The position numbers were made by a program, and so were the translations under genes. Shown piece after piece: positions 63,228 through 64,000 of a stretch of DNA of 64,000 nucleotides. The stretch is from Psilocybe cubensis. Lineage: Eukaryota. The stretch covers positions 1,736,001 through 1,800,000 of the forward strand of contig CM038998.1 in the NCBI GenBank assembly GCA_017499595.2. The letters run 5' to 3'. The notes under the pieces are model-generated. The model did not search any database and had not been told where the DNA came from. It saw only the letters and a program-made list of their open reading frames with translations. Numbering within the stretch: position 1 is the first letter of the stretch; each line of letters begins with the position of its first letter.

Positions 63228-64000
63228 TCAGGATTTCCATGAAAAATTACTCAACACGCTTTCTTCCCTGATATCATCTTCTATGGATCTGCGATGGATT
63301 TCATGGCCTCTTTTTTTCCGCTTTGACAAACGTTTGAATCCATGTCGTGAAAAGGCATCTATAACAGATAAGGCCGACGGGGTGACCACTATCAAAGCCA
63401 AAACCTGGCCAAATCCCCATTGAGTCGCGCCATCACTAGTACTTGGATTACGCCTCAAAAGCACTTCGCTGGAGACGACAAAATATGTGAAAATTATTAC
63501 CTGGCACATCATGATGCCAACCAACATAGGATCAAGATCATAAAACCAACGTCGTCGTTTGGGGCGACGGGTCACAGCTGAAGATAGCGGTGTTCGTAAA
63601 GCGGAAGATGCATGACGGGTTGGTGTCACTCCATCGGACGTGGCGTATGTCGCTTGCATATTCGGGTTCGTACTGGACGTTGACATCTTAGAGATATGCG
63701 CAGATAGTGAATGCGATTCCCGTTTTTCCATTCGCGGTTTACGTGCCGAACCGAGTTCAAATCGTTGGCGCCTCGACTGAATGTCGCGAATAGCCACACA
63801 GACATATATGAATGTCAATAAGGATGACATTGTAAGACCGATATAGCGACCAGCTCCTAAAGCCCGCACTTCAAACAAGAAGAGCACAAATTTGAGATAT
63901 GGAGAACATTCTGACTGATTTCCAAATGTCGGGGCCCTGATCCTAAACATCGGTTTGCATGAGTGTGAGCTTCAAGGACCAGACTACCAAGCCAGATATC
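63228..64000 (-). CDS. 3' part of a multi-pass membrane protein of unknown function (WGFGQ motif); 5' end lies beyond the window
   Basis: 240-codon ORF with several hydrophobic helices and the SEVLLRRN...QWGFGQVLAL motif seen in fungal hypothetical membrane proteins. Confidence 0.7.

Noticed and set aside
1-64000. tRNA, rRNA, CRISPR array, transposon or secondary-metabolite backbone gene
   Set aside because: None recognised by eye; isolated GGTTCGA motifs lack cloverleaf context. A covariance-model scan would be needed to exclude small ncRNAs.

Overview
Gene-dense, intron-rich eukaryotic DNA from a basidiomycete fungus, very likely an agaricomycete mushroom. This is inferred from 50-70 nt GT/GC-AG introns, GTGCGT/GTGAGT donors, micro-exons and the gene repertoire. 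I reconstructed about 25 protein-coding genes by hand-splicing ORF fragments, so gene boundaries are manual predictions. In order: RidA/Mmf1, proteasome alpha5, inositol monophosphatase, MFS sugar porter, a secreted DUF5695-like protein, GH51 arabinofuranosidase, DASH subunit Ask1, a retropepsin-like hypothetical, GH17 glucanase, a Ser-rich hypothetical, Whi2, class IV-like chitin synthase, CRAL-TRIO protein, a long low-complexity protein, CorA-like transporter, thioredoxin, an RNase III-like/dsRBD protein, Pom152, Ipp1, GCP4, a TBC protein, an HxxxD acyltransferase, a GDP-fucose-transporter-like protein, an O-fucosyltransferase-like protein and a partial membrane protein. I recognised no rRNA, tRNA, CRISPR array or transposon. 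The best candidates for undescribed biology are: (1) a head-to-head nucleotide-sugar transporter / fucosyltransferase-like pair; (2) a sugar porter + DUF5695-like + GH51 mini-cluster; (3) a thioredoxin with an SHP (Cdc48-binding) box and C-terminal membrane anchor; (4) several apparent pseudo-enzymes (RNase III, TBC, retropepsin-like).
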